Below, one piece after another: positions 26,001 to 40,289 of a stretch of 64,000 nucleotides of DNA. Position numbers and translations under genes: made by a program. The stretch spans positions 63,736,001-63,800,000 of the forward strand of contig OZ076410.1 of assembly GCA_964187785.1 (NCBI GenBank), in the 5' to 3' direction. This DNA comes from Amphiscolops sp. MND2022 (Eukaryota). Below the pieces are notes generated by a model. That model was given only the letters and a program-made list of their open reading frames with translations, made no database searches and was not told the DNA's origin. Each line of letters begins with the position of its first letter. Position 1 is the first letter of the stretch.

Positions 26001-29000
26001 TCGGGTGCCCGTCTACATGTTTCACTGCCACTACTGAACGAAACGATGAACAAGCACAAGTGGTCAAGTCTTGGTATGACCTTTACTCATACGGAACATA
26101 GAAGATAGTGGACAGCAAATAGCAAGCCGATGCTCGTGGTATGGATATCTTAGAATCGACCACATTCTGTGACGGTGTCAGGTACCATGTGGGAATGCTT
26201 TATGCACACGGTGATACCACGTTGCCTAATAATTACTACGCTTCTTTCGCACAGTTTAAATCACTCGAAAAACGCTTGAATATGGATCCCAGCTTGAATG
26301 ACAGATACGCAAAAATTAACACTGATGATCCAGACTGGGGTTTAATCAGACTTGTGGGTTGCGAAGAACTAATGTCTAGTGCACCCCGAGACTTGTACGT
26401 ACCACACCATCCTGTTTTAAATCCCAACAAACCCGCTTAAGTCTGTAGGCTCCTGAATGGCGCAGCCCTTTTTCGTTGCCACTCTATTAACAAATCCGTA
26501 CCCACTGGTCTCGACTTACTACGGAACTTGTTAATGCCAATTATTCGCTTCCGTGAAAACATGATCGCAGTATCCGCGGACTTTGAGGGCATGTTTATTC
26601 AGGTGGGTGTTTTGCCTGATGACCAGCCTTATCTTCGCTTCTTGTTGCTGGAGGATCCCACTTCAGATGTGGTAGTCCACCGATACATGCGGCAAATTTT
26701 TGGTAGCAAAGATTCCCCTACCTACGCGAACTACTCGCATCAATGTACTGGTCGCGACAACTACGACAATTTTCCGGAAGCAGCTCAAGCTGTCCTCACG
26801 AAGTTTTTTATGGACGACTGTCTGGATGCCTTCTCCACGACAGAAGAAGCAAACGAGGTATCGAAGGAACTTGTGAAACTACCCCTGAAGGGTGTCTTCA
26901 AGCTCACCAAGTTTGGGAGCAATCTCAGGACAGTCCTCAAAGCCAAAGGCAAAGATTCTGCAGTGAATGGAGGTACCGAAACACATGTCTTAGGACTAAA
27001 ATGGAATGGTGCGAACGACACTCTAGTTGTGAGTCGCTTTTTAAATCCGAACCCTCAACCGTGTCTAAACGAACGAGTAGTTCTGAAATGTCTTGCGATT
27101 GTCTTCGGATCCACTGGAATTGTTGGCCCATTCACTTCTCAAGCCCGTTTATGGTTGAAGGAAATTTGGAACCTTCATGGTCTCCAATGGGACACTGAAA
27201 TACCGGAAAGCATTGCAAACCAATTTATCCACTGGAACCAATGTTTACCCCTCCTGAAAACGCCAAGAAGCTATTTTTCTTGAAATATAACGTGAAAGGC
27301 CTCCTTAAAATCGGTCCAACACACGACGCCCTTCGCCTAAGAAAAAGTAGAACAGTTGCGAAGAAGTTTAGTCCCTCGTAAACTCCTGCTGCTTGGAAGT
27401 TCTTTCTCGAGTGATTCAAGAAGTTTCACTACTTCGAGGCACACAGGACAGTAATTCCAAGCCATTACCTTTTCGTACCCACCACGAGGGCAGTTTTCTG
27501 CAATAAGGTCAGTCAAAATGTTTTCTAACTTCAGCGAAGTCCGTTCGAGAGTCTTCTAAAATTTTAACTAGTTCAAACTTGAGTTTCTGTTCTACCCAGA
27601 GAAAAGATTTCCCTGAAAGATAGAAGGGCTAGAGTTGAAAACAATTGCTACTCGGGCTACTCATACAGATGAAATTAAACATTGTTTAGAAAATTGGTTG
27701 AGTTGATTTCATTAGCCATCATGAATCATTCATAACCACGGGATGAAATTACATTGACTCTTTGACTGAAAGTAGAAGCTCGAATGAGGCTGCTATTGTT
27801 ACGTTGGACAGGTCAAAGAAAAGTGAGCCTGCCCGCAAAACGATTTTATCCAAAGGCTCCGGTACATCGTAACGAGCTCAAACTTGCTCGAGTGAGAAGA
27901 GAAGAAATCCAAATGCAGAATGAAGCCGAGTATCGCAAGCCCAACCAAAGTTACAAGCTCAGGAAGCTTTCAAAGGATTGTCACTCGAAGAGCAAATGGC
28001 AAAGAACAGGCTAGCTCTTGAAGAACAGGCAGACAAAAACAGACAACGTCTGGCCCAAGCGGCTATCGAAGAAACTGCTGTTGATGTCTCAGGCAATTCG
28101 GATGCCGAGGAAGGAAGATCGTTCACTTCCAAGTGTCAGTCGCGACCAATCGAATGAACCAATTGAAAAGTGAGTCGATACCAGTAGTTTTGTGCCACGA
28201 CTTAGTAACAATCCATCGATATTTGAAGTTCAATCAGTCTTTCCTTTCACGTTACCTTAAACCAAGAAAAAAGCTTTGGAAATTTCGACTAGCACAGTCA
28301 AGGTAACCCTTACAAATGATGTTTTGAACGTCACTGTCCGGACTGTTTTTGAATAACAACTGCCAGTTTCTAAAGCTAACCGAACTTTTCAACCCCACTC
28401 ATGTTCAACTTAACCTCAACTCTGCTCGACTCGGACCATTACAATCGCAGACTACGAATGTAACATCGGTGCCTGGTCCACCGCAGAGCGTATTGACTCC
28501 TGGCATCGCATCCCAACAAGTTTCTTCCGTAACCTATAGCAACTCGCAGCAACCGAACTGCTACTCGCAACAATACAACGCCCATCCAGTTCCGTCCATC
28601 GCGTAAGAAACGAACCCGTCACAGTAGAAATTTCCCCCGGAAATTTTAATTGCTATTTTTTTTGTCAAGTTCTCTGCCTATTACTGAGTTTCCCACCGCC
28701 GAATTTTTTTATAGCTCCTCTGTATCAAAAACCATATCATCATCCTATCGCAATATAACCTTCATCTTTAACTGGAAGCGGACCAAATTCGACACTCACG
28801 AAACGCTTCCAAACTGCTCAATCATATTCAGTCCAGCTTATTTGAAATTTAACCGCCAAAGAGTAAGGTAATCCCTTGACAGTCTCGCGTTAGACCCACT
28901 ACCCGAGTGGAAACTTTCGAACTTCGATAAGAACCCGCTTGACTGGTACGATTGGTTCCGACAGTTCAGAAGTGCAGTGGATGTGTCGCCGCTTTCTGAC

Positions 29001-31571
29001 GATGTAAACATGGCATACTCGAAAACGTTGGTCTCCCGCAAAGCAAAAATTCGATTGAAAGTTTTGCCTATTTTGGAGTAATGTAAAAAGATGCTTTGAG
29101 AGCTCTTGAGAGAAAGTTTGGTCAACCGCAAATCGTCTTTAGTGCTCATTTTGACAAGTTGAATGCTTATTCTCCCGTGAAGATGCACAGTACGGAAAAT
29201 GTGATACAGTACGCAGGCGTTGTTGCGAGTCTGTCTGTAGCTCTCTTCCAATCTTTGAAATACAACGCCGACCTCAACAGTTCGTCTTTGTTGAACCAAG
29301 CAATAAGTGAATTACCGCCAAATATCAAAGAATCTTGCACCCAACGCTCTTGGATTTCAACCGGATACAAGAAAAAGCGGAAGCGCCTGATCGGATGTTG
29401 AGTACGTCAAAAAGCAAACAAGATTCGAGTGCGCCCACCAACATCAACTCGAAAACAGCAAAGTTTTTTTCGTCAATCGCTCAAAACCGGGAACCAGATC
29501 GCAAACATATTCCTGTTCAAGTGCTCTGAGCTCAAAGAAAAACACCAATGCAGCGTGCCAATATTTGCGCCTAATCTGACTGGTGTTGTGTTTCTTTCTT
29601 TTGTCTGGGAAAAAATCATACCTTCCGGCATTGTCCAAGTCTCCGCAATTTTCCGAAAGAAATCTGCAAGAGGACGCATAATTCGTTGCTTCAAGGAGCT
29701 GAATGCGTTTTGTCGTTGGGCTGTACAACGGGAACCTCCGACGTAGCCAAATTTGGAACTGAAGATAAATCGAACGACTTCATAACGATCCTTCAGATCA
29801 GATGATCAGAGTTCAGCAAGCACTACCATGTGTTCAAGATCTCCATTGATCGAAGGACTTCTACAAGTAGTTGAAGTTTATCTGGACGTTAATGAGCGGT
29901 GCCTGAGAGCATACACATTGTGTGAATCTGCATGCAGTCATCCTTGGATTACGACGGACGCTGCTGCAAAATTAAAAGTCACCGGTCCACGAATAAAGCT
30001 CACTGTGAACGGAATGGGTTCAATCAGAACAGTGGAGACTGAGATAGTTGACTTGACAGTATGATCAATAGAACCTTCTCCGCATGAACCTTTTTTTGAG
30101 CCCTTGGCTTTGGCAATGAAACTCTTGATCTGAAAGCTCTCAAGGACAAATATCCTTATCATGAACCTGTTCCTGGAGAACAAATTCACCACTCAGACGT
30201 GAAACTCATTCTAGGCCAGAATGCTCGCGAAGTGATGCGGTTCGCGTCTCTCTAGGCTTGGTCTTCAGGTGGACCAGTTCCATCTACTGTCGGGTGCCCG
30301 TCTACATGTTTCACTGCCACTACTGAACGAAACGATGAACAAGCACAAGTGGTCAAGTCTTGGTATGACCTTTACTCATACGGAACATAGAAGATAGTGG
30401 ACAGCAAATAGCAAGCCGATGCTCGTGGTATGGATATCTTAGAATCGACCACATTCTGTGACGGTGTCAGGTACCATGTGGGAATGCTTTATGCACACGG
30501 TGATACCACGTTGCCTAATAATTACTACGCTTCTTTCGCACAGTTTAAATCACTCGAAAAACGCTTGAATATGGATCCCAGCTTGAATGACAGATACGCA
30601 AAAATTAACACTGATGATCCAGACTGGGGTTTAATCAGACTTGTGGGTTGCGAAGAACTAATGTCTAGTGCACCCCGAGACTTGTACGTACCACACCATC
30701 CTGTTTTAAATCCCAACAAACCCGCTTAAGTCTGTAGGCTCCTGAATGGCGCAGCCCTTTTTCGTTGCCACTCTATTAACAAATCCGTACCCACTGGTCT
30801 CGACTTACTACGGAACTTGTTAATGCCAATTATTCGCTTCCGTGAAAACATGATCGCAGTATCCGCGGACTTTGAGGGCATGTTTATTCAGGTGGGTGTT
30901 TTGCCTGATGACCAGCCTTATCTTCGCTTCTTGTTGCTGGAGGATCCCACTTCAGATGTGGTAGTCCACCGATACATGCGGCAAATTTTTGGTAGCAAAG
31001 ATTCCCCTACCTACGCGAACTACTCGCATCAATGTACTGGTCGCGACAACTACGACAATTTTCCGGAAGCAGCTCAAGCTGTCCTCACGAAGTTTTTTAT
31101 GGACGACTGTCTGGATGCCTTCTCCACGACAGAAGAAGCAAACGAGGTATCGAAGGAACTTGTGAAACTACCCCTGAAGGGTGTCTTCAAGCTCACCAAG
31201 TTTGGGAGCAATCTCAGGACAGTCCTCAAAGCCAAAGGCAAAGATTCTGCAGTGAATGGAGGTACCGAAACACATGTCTTAGGACTAAAATGGAATGGTG
31301 CGAACGACACTCTAGTTGTGAGTCGCTTTTTAAATCCGAACCCTCAACCGTGTCTAAACGAACGAGTAGTTCTGAAATGTCTTGCGATTGTCTTCGGATC
31401 CACTGGAATTGTTGGCCCATTCACTTCTCAAGCCCGTTTATGGTTGAAGGAAATTTGGAACCTTCATGGTCTCCAATGGGACACTGAAATACCGGAAAGC
31501 ATTGCAAACCAATTTATCCACTGGAACCAATGTTTACCCCTCCTGAAAACGCCAAGAAGCTATTTTTCTTG
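22998..31571 (+). repeat. Tandem duplication, 22998-27282 and 27287-31571 (period 4289 bp)
   Basis: Every ORF in the track recurs with an identical translation at +4289. The junction carries a 4-nt filler AAAT. Confidence 0.97.
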
Positions 31572-33297
31572 CATTGTCAACGCCCTTGATCTTCATGCTT
31601 TCGAGGACAGTTCGCAAGATGTGTTCGCCGCGGTTGCGTATCTGCGTGACAAAGCCCGGACAGCTGATGGAAGTGCATCATTCACACTACCCTTTGTCTT
31701 CGGTAAAATCAGATTTGCTCCGATGAACGCACTATCCATCCCCAAGCTCGAACTCCAGGCTTCTTTGCTTGCGGCCCAGGTTAAGGTCCTTGTATTGGAC
31801 GCTCTAATCGTTGAAGTAAAACGTGTATATATGTGGACAGACAGCACCAATGTCCTCCACTGGTCTTTGTTGCTAACCGCATAACTGAAATCCTTGACCT
31901 GACAACTATTGATGAATGGAATCATGTTTCAACGAACACCATTCCCGCAGATTTTGTAACTAGAAGAATAGAAATTCATAACCTCCATGAAAGTTCTGGT
32001 TAAAGGGACCAACTTTTCTTCTCACCGAAGAACTACCGCTTTCTAATATTCAAAGCATAACCTTTAACACAACTGTTCTTAGCGCCACAGAGTATAAAGT
32101 TATCTTGGTGAGTAATTTCGCCGGAAAGTTCGCTTTCCTGGATTGGAAAGAACTCAGTTCTTTCACTAAACACTTGCGCATTGTAGCATACATGCTTAGT
32201 TTCTGCAAAGCATCGGCGCCCAGTAACAAAGAGCACACCTTGATAGTGACTGCTACAGAGGGCGAACAAGCCTTGATGAAACTTTGGCTTTTGTCCCAAA
32301 AAGAATCCTTTCCCAACGAAGTGCAAAACTTCGGTGGAGGCAAATTAATGCCAAAGAATAGCAACATCACCAACCACACACCCTTCTTGGGACCTCGTGG
32401 TCTTTTACGCTCAACCGGTCGGATAAAGCATCTTCCGGGATTGAGTTTGATACCCAGAACCCCATCGTTTTAGATTCCCGTCATCCAGTTGTCCTGATGT
32501 TCCTGATCGAAACACTTGAAAACATGAAGTCTGCATGCATGAAAGCAGAATGAAAAACTTTTGGCATTTTCGATTAGGGCCACCCTCGACTATAGAAGTT
32601 TCTTAATCAAAAAATCTATGTAAAGTGAAAGAAGGAGACGAGTCTAATGTAGGAAATCATATCATTTTATGGTTTTGCGTTTTGCACACCGTTTCAAAAA
32701 AGAAGCCTGTATTAATTGAATGTTGAATTTGAAATGGTTCGGGAATATTGAAATTTTGGGACAATTTTTCTCAAATGTGGTATGTAGAACACCCTCTAAT
32801 GTGAAACGTCCCCATTTATAAGACGTTATTTAGCATATTGTGCGAAATATGAGGCATGCCTTAAAGTACGAGAAACATGATAGATCAATGATATACAGAA
32901 AATAAAAGTTAGTCCCATGATTGGACTACTGTAGGGTCCCGGAACCCACATTTTGTAGACGGGCAAGTCCGTTTGTCAGCTTACTGTATATTACACGTTA
33001 TATGAACCAAATGCATGGGATAACTAGTGGCTTCGATATATTTGCTTCCTTTTGTAACTGTCTGCCAGAAACTCAAAGACAAAACATTGAACAATAGGAA
33101 TTGAATTGCAAATTTGAAAGTTATATAATTTAAAGCTACTTTGAGAAAATAAGATCTTTATTGCAGAAAATTGAAGATTAAACATGGGTTGGGTTCAATT
33201 GGGGTTTCAATTGCGTACGCTTAGTCTTGAAGGTTCAGGAATTCTTTTGAGATGGGGTTTTATGGCTGGCTTTTTGAGGGGTAGGAACTTCGTTGGT

Positions 33298-33359
33298 TCA
33301 GAATAGACCAAGCACTTTGCTCATGATCATCCACTCGCTGATTTCGATGAAGCCGTCTT
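33298..33359 (-). CDS. Terminal exon of an EF-hand protein (xDGFIEISEWMIMSKVLGLF*)
   Basis: Acceptor tatgtttcAG, 62 nt, phase 1, ending in TGA. It completes a canonical EF-hand loop when joined to exon 57352-57601. Confidence 0.75.
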
Positions 33360-34386
33360 CTGAAACATAGTCGACAAATATTGCATCATCAAAAGATAAA
33401 TAGAAAAAGTAAACTAGAAATTCTCAGCTGAAAAAAGCCGCTTTTATTTCGCTATTTTTGGCGAAAATACCATAATTTCTTGATAAAAAGTTACAGGAAA
33501 CATTATCGATGGAAACTAGAATTACAAAAAGAGAACGTTCGTAATAGATGGTTGAAAATAGAATTGGTACCATTCCCACGCAATGATTTCACGAACAACG
33601 ACGATTTCAGACTTATTCAAATTTTACTCGGCATTTGAATTAATATGAAATTTTGGAAATTATAATTTATTTTTGATGATAATCAGTGAGGAAATTTTGA
33701 TTCTGCAAATTCAACTGATTCAGTTTAATGGTCAACTTTTCTAATCAGCCAGAAACAGCAACTATTTGGACCTTTTTTCATCAACTTTAATCAAGAGGAT
33801 TTCAGTCGAGTTTAGATATCCATAAAACGAATACAGACAACCTTTGAATCTTGTCAACCTGGAAATGCAAGCTATTAGCCACGATCAGGCAATTTTGAGA
33901 TCAGAACTAGTGAGTTGTATATATACAACTCACTAGTTCTGATCTCATATATGCTCACTTGGAACGGGAATCAATTTGAATTACCTCAAACAAGTTGGGA
34001 AAAAACTTTTTGGTTCAAGTAGAAACCAATGTATTTTTTGGGGAAAGTGGAAAAATCGTCGAAAGAATTTTCATAGTGAGAAATTCCATCGTAGCGGCAG
34101 ATTCACGATAACAAATTGAAATTTATTTAAAATAAAAAACGTCCACTAATAGAGGTTATACAGTTCAACCGTCTTGACATCTACCGAGTTTCGGTCTAGC
34201 GTACTAAGAATATGTTGAAAAAGAAACTTGAATGAAAACTCTAATTAGTTAAAATTTGAAACGATACCGTTACATAAAAAGAGACTCTTATGTTAGAAAC
34301 TTTGTCTTTTCCTAACTTATCTATTCAATAGAACATGCGCAGTCAGCCAATATTGACGTTGAACCAATTTTCTTGACATTCAGGGC

Positions 34387-34900
34387 ATGGCAGAAAAAAC
34401 TACCGTAACGAACGTAGAAGCAAAAGCTTCGGAGGGGAACACGGTATTTACACCCAGACAGTGGTTGAAAAAATTCCGACAATTCACAAAACGGGAACAA
34501 ACAATTGATATAACACCACCGCTGAAAAGAGAAGACGTAACAGAAAACGGATCGTCCGGAAAAAACAAGGGATCAAAGAAGATCTTACATGTGGAGTGGG
34601 AATTGAAGCACTTTACCAAATAACACAAGCCGAGTGCGAAACGGAACTGGATAGCATAAAAATAAAACACGAAACACCGGTATTCACCGAACACTACCTT
34701 CCAAAACTAAATACTCACTATAATCGAGAAAATATCGTTTTGGCAAAACAGACCGAAAACAAAACACCCGAAGAACTCTGGAGACAACTAATTCGAATCG
34801 AGAAGGAATATAACTTTAATACAATCTCTGCAGAAGAATTGTTGATATGAAAATACATGACAGTGATTACCAATAAAAAGTACGGGAAAAATGATGAAAG
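34387..34900 (+). pseudogene. Ty3/Gypsy gag fragment
   Basis: PRQWLKKFRQF...GIEALYQIT...KQTENKTPEELWRQLIRIEKEYNFNTISAEELLI resembles the gag of the 41-47 kb element (KQEDTETLDEYWKRLVDIERKCDFGNITAEEII). Confidence 0.75.
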
Positions 34901-37132
34901 AAAAACGTTAGAATTTAAAAAGACAATCGAACCGATTAAAGGTATTCGATATACAGATACTTAATGAGGCATTTCCTTTCAAAAAATGCTGTTACATTTT
35001 CGTAATTTGCAGTCTTATCAGCTTTGGTTAATGCGCCTGATCTCTAAAGAAATACAAGACTTTTTTGCCCCGTTTCAAAAATTGGCTCATTGTCCCGTTT
35101 TGGAAGTCAGATATTCTTTCCTGTTCTAAAAATCAGCTGTTTCGTTTAGTTTTGACAATCGATTTTTTGCATCTAATTTCAATATCAGCTGTTTTGACAC
35201 TAGTTCGTGTAAGCAGTTTTTTTCTGGGAGCGAGGAAAAACTAGTCGAATTTCAAACCAAGACAAAAAGCCAATATCTGAAACAAGACAAACAGAAATTT
35301 TTGCCCCATCGAATTAAATTTGATTTACAAAAACAAGAAGAAAACTGCAGAAACTATAGCAGAATTTTTTTGGGAAAAATTTTGTTTTTCTCAAAAATTT
35401 TGAAAGTTTCAGGATACTGTCTCTAATTTTTTTCTGCGTGTTATTACAAATTGTTTCATCAATCAGGAAAATAACAGAAAAAAACTCAACATTTTTTACT
35501 GTGAAATTCGAGGATTTTTTTCTGAAAAAAATTAAAAATGATTTATATATATTTTTTGTCATTTATTCATTGGAATTTTGCGGTACACATTGACCACAAC
35601 TCTGTATATTTCTTTTCTGACGTTTTGAGTTTCGATTACACGACTAATTATGGCACCACTGAAACGCGACTTGGCCGGAAAATGATGGAGAATTTTGCTA
35701 CTTTTAATCAGTCAATTTCATATTTTTTGAATTGCAAGTTTGAATCGACATGACCGTCAATGAAAATGAAAATTTTTAACCCATTGTGAATATGACATTC
35801 AGAATTGATTTTTTTGGATCAATACCGCACTTTGATACAAGTTGAGCAAAAATTATTCCAAAAAATATTCCAGTGTTCATTCATAACCATAAGTTCATTC
35901 AACTTTTGAGAAACATTTTTTCTCGGTTGGCTGACTAATTCTGCGTCGGCTCGTCTCCTACGCAGCGCACTCCTCTTTTAAATTCTCCTTTTATGGAATG
36001 TTTCCGGTCCTTTGTTTCCTTTTTTGGAAATTTTCCGAAAGCCCAGGTATAAATACCCTTACCCATTTGTCTTGTTGTTCCCCCTGAGGCTAATTTCCTT
36101 CCGCGTTGTCCTTCACCGTTAAGTGATAATATTGGTAAGGGAGACTCACTTCCCATCTCCTACAGGAACTTCCTAGAAGTGGGCTAATAACTATAACCTA
36201 TTAACTTATTATTCGGTAGGAAGTAATTTATGAACTATAAAAGCTTCCTCTCTGAAATCACAGGTGACTACTACCTTACGAGATCGGCAGGAATTTGTCG
36301 TTTTGACTGAAAGATCACTTTTATTTCCTTTTAAGGAATTTCATTTTAGCTACCATATATGGTAGTTGTTTGGTAGAAAATTGGCTCTTCGCCCGTATCC
36401 CAGGACCATAAAAGGCATTATATCATGAAGTTTGAAGACTGTTATTAACCCTTGTTAAGAAACAAAATGTTCACTGTTATTTAAATGCATACAAAAAGTT
36501 TGGATTCAAAGCAAACTGTTCCTAAATTTTTTTTTGTGATTTGATGATTTTCTTTGGGTTGTTTTCTATTCAGTGACGAATATTTTTTTAAAAATTCAAT
36601 ATCAATTGTAATTCATGCCTTTTCTTCGAATTTTTACACAGCTCAGTACAAGTGTTTGATCAAGTGAGATCTAAAATTAGAAAGGTCTCAAATCAGCCTT
36701 TTTAGCCTTTCTTTTCAAAATTTTTTGTTAAATTTGTCTGGATTTTTTTCTAAACATTTTCTAGGCGCAGCTATATTTTTTCAAATGTGCATGGATCTGC
36801 TCAGAGGATTTTGCAGCGTGCATAGAAATTTTACAAAATTTTCCCATGCATGCTTTTAGTATTTGCTATGCTTATCAAAAATTTAGAATGCATGCATGGA
36901 TGCAACATGGAAAATTTTCCGGCAGGTTCGACCAGTGAAGTCAAAAAATTTCAGGATCTATGACTCGCTTGACTTGTTTTTAATGATTTCTTCTGAAGAA
37001 AACATACTGAGAACAACCAAAGCCAGACTTCAAGGCTCAAAAAATTAATAACATCTAATATTACTGTTTTCAAAGTTCCGTGGGTATCTGGATCCAATGG
37101 ATACCTGGAAACCAGGGATACGTGTGTTCGAA

Positions 37133-38916
37133 GTTTTTGATGTTTGTATACCGGTCGAAAGTTTATTTTTGCAAAGAAAAACGATACCAAAAAGTACTTT
37201 TTCGGCACTGTTCTACTGCTTTTGAACAATTTTGGACAGTGTTAGCCTACGATTTAAAGTAATCCAGGGATGACAAAGAGTCGACTTTTCACTCTTAGGT
37301 TTTTTGTCGGCAAAGTGCGACTTGCTTCGAGTTTTTATGTTTACCTAGAGGGTCTCCCATTCGATTGAAATTGTGCAGTATCTAATTTTCTGGCCTCATC
37401 TTCAATTTGTAATTGTATTGGAATTTACAATGAAATAGGTCTGGATTTTCTTATATAACGATTTTCAGCAATAAAAGATGCGGTTGATTCAAATGTTTGA
37501 CTTACCCTAGTCGAGATTGCTTGAAGTTTTTACATGCTGCATGGAAAGATACAGGCTAATTTTTTACAAAACATGGAAAATTCCGGGAGCCTGCATGGAA
37601 ACATTTTGTAGGATTACAATGCAGCCTCCACTATTTGAATTGAAATTGAAAACATTTCCACTACTTCACCGCCGCGATCACTTTATTTTCACGCGTAAGT
37701 TTCTCAAGTAAGTTCCTTGTATACTTATGTAATCACCGTTAGGCAAATAGCACGTTGAATGTGACGCTACTTTGAAACTATAATGTGACTGAAGTTTATT
37801 TGCATTGAAGGCGCCGTAAAATTGATGAAGGTCTCAGCTGCTTTCAAAATTAGTACGGCGTCTTAATGAAACCCGCAAAACTTTAGGATGCATTTTATAG
37901 GCAGCTTGATAAAATTGAATCGAATCAGTGAAGTTTTGTTGCATGGACGTTTCTTTGAGAATTTTATAAAATCATCGAAAATTAGGTTGGTAACCTACAA
38001 AAACATGTAAAAAGTTCAAGCGGTTTTTGATGTTTGTATACCGGTCGAAAGTTTGTTTTTGCAAAGAAAAACGATACCAAAAAGTACTTTTTCGGCACTG
38101 TTCTACTGCTTTTGAACAATTTTGGACAGTGTTAGCCTATGATTTAAAGTCATCCAGGGATGACAAAGAGTCGACTTTTCACTCTCAGGTTTTTTTGTCG
38201 GCAAAGTGCGACTTGCTTCGAGTTTTTATATTTACCTAGAGGGTCTCCCATTCGATTGAAATTGTGCAGTATCTAATTTTCTGGCCTCATCTTCAATTTG
38301 TTATTGTATTGGACTTTACAATGAAATAGGTCTGGATTTTCTTATCTAACTATTTTCAGCAATAAAAAATGCGGTTGATTCAAATGTTTGACTTACCCTA
38401 GTCGAGATTGCTTGAAATTTTTACATGCTGCATGGAAAGATGCAGGCTAATTTTTTACAAAACATGGAAAGTTCCGGGAGCCTGCATGGAAACATTTTGT
38501 AGGATTACAATGCAGCCTCCACTATTTGAATTAAAATTGAAAACATTTCCACTACTTCACCGCCGCGATAACTTTATTTTCACGCAAAAGTTTCTCAACT
38601 AAGTTCCTTGTATACTTATGTAATCACCGTTAGGCAAATAGCACGCTGAATGTGACGCTACTTTGAAACTATAATGTGACTGAAGTTTATTTGCATTGAA
38701 GGCGCCGAAAAATTGATGAAGGTCTCAGCTGCTTTCAAAATTAGTACGGCGTCCTAATGAAACCTGCAAAACTTTAGAATGCATTTTATAGGCAGCTTGA
38801 TAAAATTGAATCGAATCAGTGAAGTTTTGTTGCATGGACGTTTCTTTGAGAATTTTATAAAATCATGGAAAATTAGGTTGGTAACCTACAAAAACATGTA
38901 AAAAGTTCAAGCGGTT
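37133..38916. repeat. Tandem duplication of ~891 bp, slightly diverged copies
   Basis: 37133-38022 and 38023-38916 align end to end with scattered substitutions. Paired ORFs lie at 37517 and 38408. Confidence 0.95.
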
Positions 38917-39866
38917 CCAACCAGGGAGGCGTCTTCTTGGAACGAATTCTGTAGACCGCTGGTAAAGTTTGAACTGCAGATCAAACAAACGTTTTCCATT
39001 TTTCGTAGACTAGTTTTTTGAAATTCAGCGTTTTAAAGCCATGCCCGTGCGCAAGGTGGGATAGTGTAGACTGGAAGTCACCGGAGGCAATAATTATCCA
39101 GTGTAAAATTTCTTGAACTTCTTTCCAAGATTTTGGATTTTCCTGCAGGTTCCCGTTTTTTTTTCGAAACAAATTTTCGCAAAGCAAATTTGAATTAGAT
39201 CATCAAAACTGACCTGTGCCTAATTTTTGGAGCGTCGAATCTTGAATATGCTTGGACAAACACACGAAAAAAACTTGTAAAAACGGTCTTGTGGAGACTT
39301 AGAAGCCAGGAGACTTGAAAGCTATTAAAGAAAACTTTCATGCAATAAATTCGGCATTCAAATTATGTGAATCAGAAATATTTCACGTTTGAATACTCCG
39401 CATTTGTTTAAAAATCATGACGTCAGAGTAACGTGGCATCGCTAAGATATTTCGCAGTTGGATAGCTTTAAAAATCGGTTGGAATCATGGACAACTGTGT
39501 TATCAATGCTCTGGTCTGAAGAACATCAATTAAAAAAGCCTGATTTAGACTTTTATAGATGAACATGTGGTAGCTGAAAATTGATCGTAATGACAATGCT
39601 GAGAAAAATTGAGCGTAAAAGTTTCCCCTGAGGGCTCAGCTCGAACTTGGATTAGCTTCGTGAGAGTAAATCATCCTGTTATCACAGTGCTTTTGGTTCC
39701 ACAAGGAAAAGATAATCCGATAATTCTTCTCTCCCGAGGACTCTGTTTGTAACCTTTTAGGACACGCTTTTGCATTTTCAATTTATCTCCATAATCATTT
39801 CAGAAAAGCAAACAGCGGGTAGATGAAAGAATTTAGTGAAACTATTGTGTCTCCTTGAAGAAGTCA

Positions 39867-40289
39867 TATCAGAACAAAAGATTCATTTGAAAATTAAAAG
39901 AAGTATTTACTTCTGGGTTTCATTAGAAAAAAATGGCGGAACCCTGCTCAAGGTGTCGATAGCAATGTTTTAAAAAGATACTCGTTCACTAAATCAGAAG
40001 TTCAATAATGGCGTCTTTGGTCTAACCCAGTTGGTTTTTTAACTCGCACATTTTGAAAGAAAGAGCACAATAATTATTGTAAGTAATCTGCTCTTTCTTT
40101 CAAAATGTGCGAGTTAAAAAACCAACTGGGTTAGACAAAAACGCCATTAATGATCTTTTGATTTCGTGAACGAGTATCTTTTTAAAACATTGCTATCGAT
40201 ACCTTAAGCAGGGTTCCGCTATTTTTTTTCCAATGAAACCCAGAAGTAAATACTTTTTTTAATTTCCAAATAAATCTTTTGTTCTGATA
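39867..40289. mobile_element. 423-bp palindromic MITE/foldback element
   Basis: Arms of ~200 bp (39867-40067 and 40089-40289) are near-perfect reverse complements around a 21-nt centre, with TA at both ends. Confidence 0.85.

Larger units (their letters stand above)
22210..32520 (+). mobile_element. Decayed, 3'-truncated BEL/Pao element (BEL-3) with an internal 4289-bp tandem duplication
   Basis: PBS-like TGGTCCGCCGACC at 22210, ORF X remnant, then gag (RALERKFGQPQIV), protease (LCESACSHPWI), RT (FFMDDCL), and RNase H (AFEDSS, LSIPKLELQA, WTDST). It ends before the integrase core. The 5' LTR is not firmly delimited. Confidence 0.88.

Noticed and set aside
35930-36330. GC-richer block with TATAAAT, possibly a solo LTR or a second HDV fold (TCCTACG)
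   Set aside because: No TG..CA ends with TSD, and P3/P1 pairings could not be completed.
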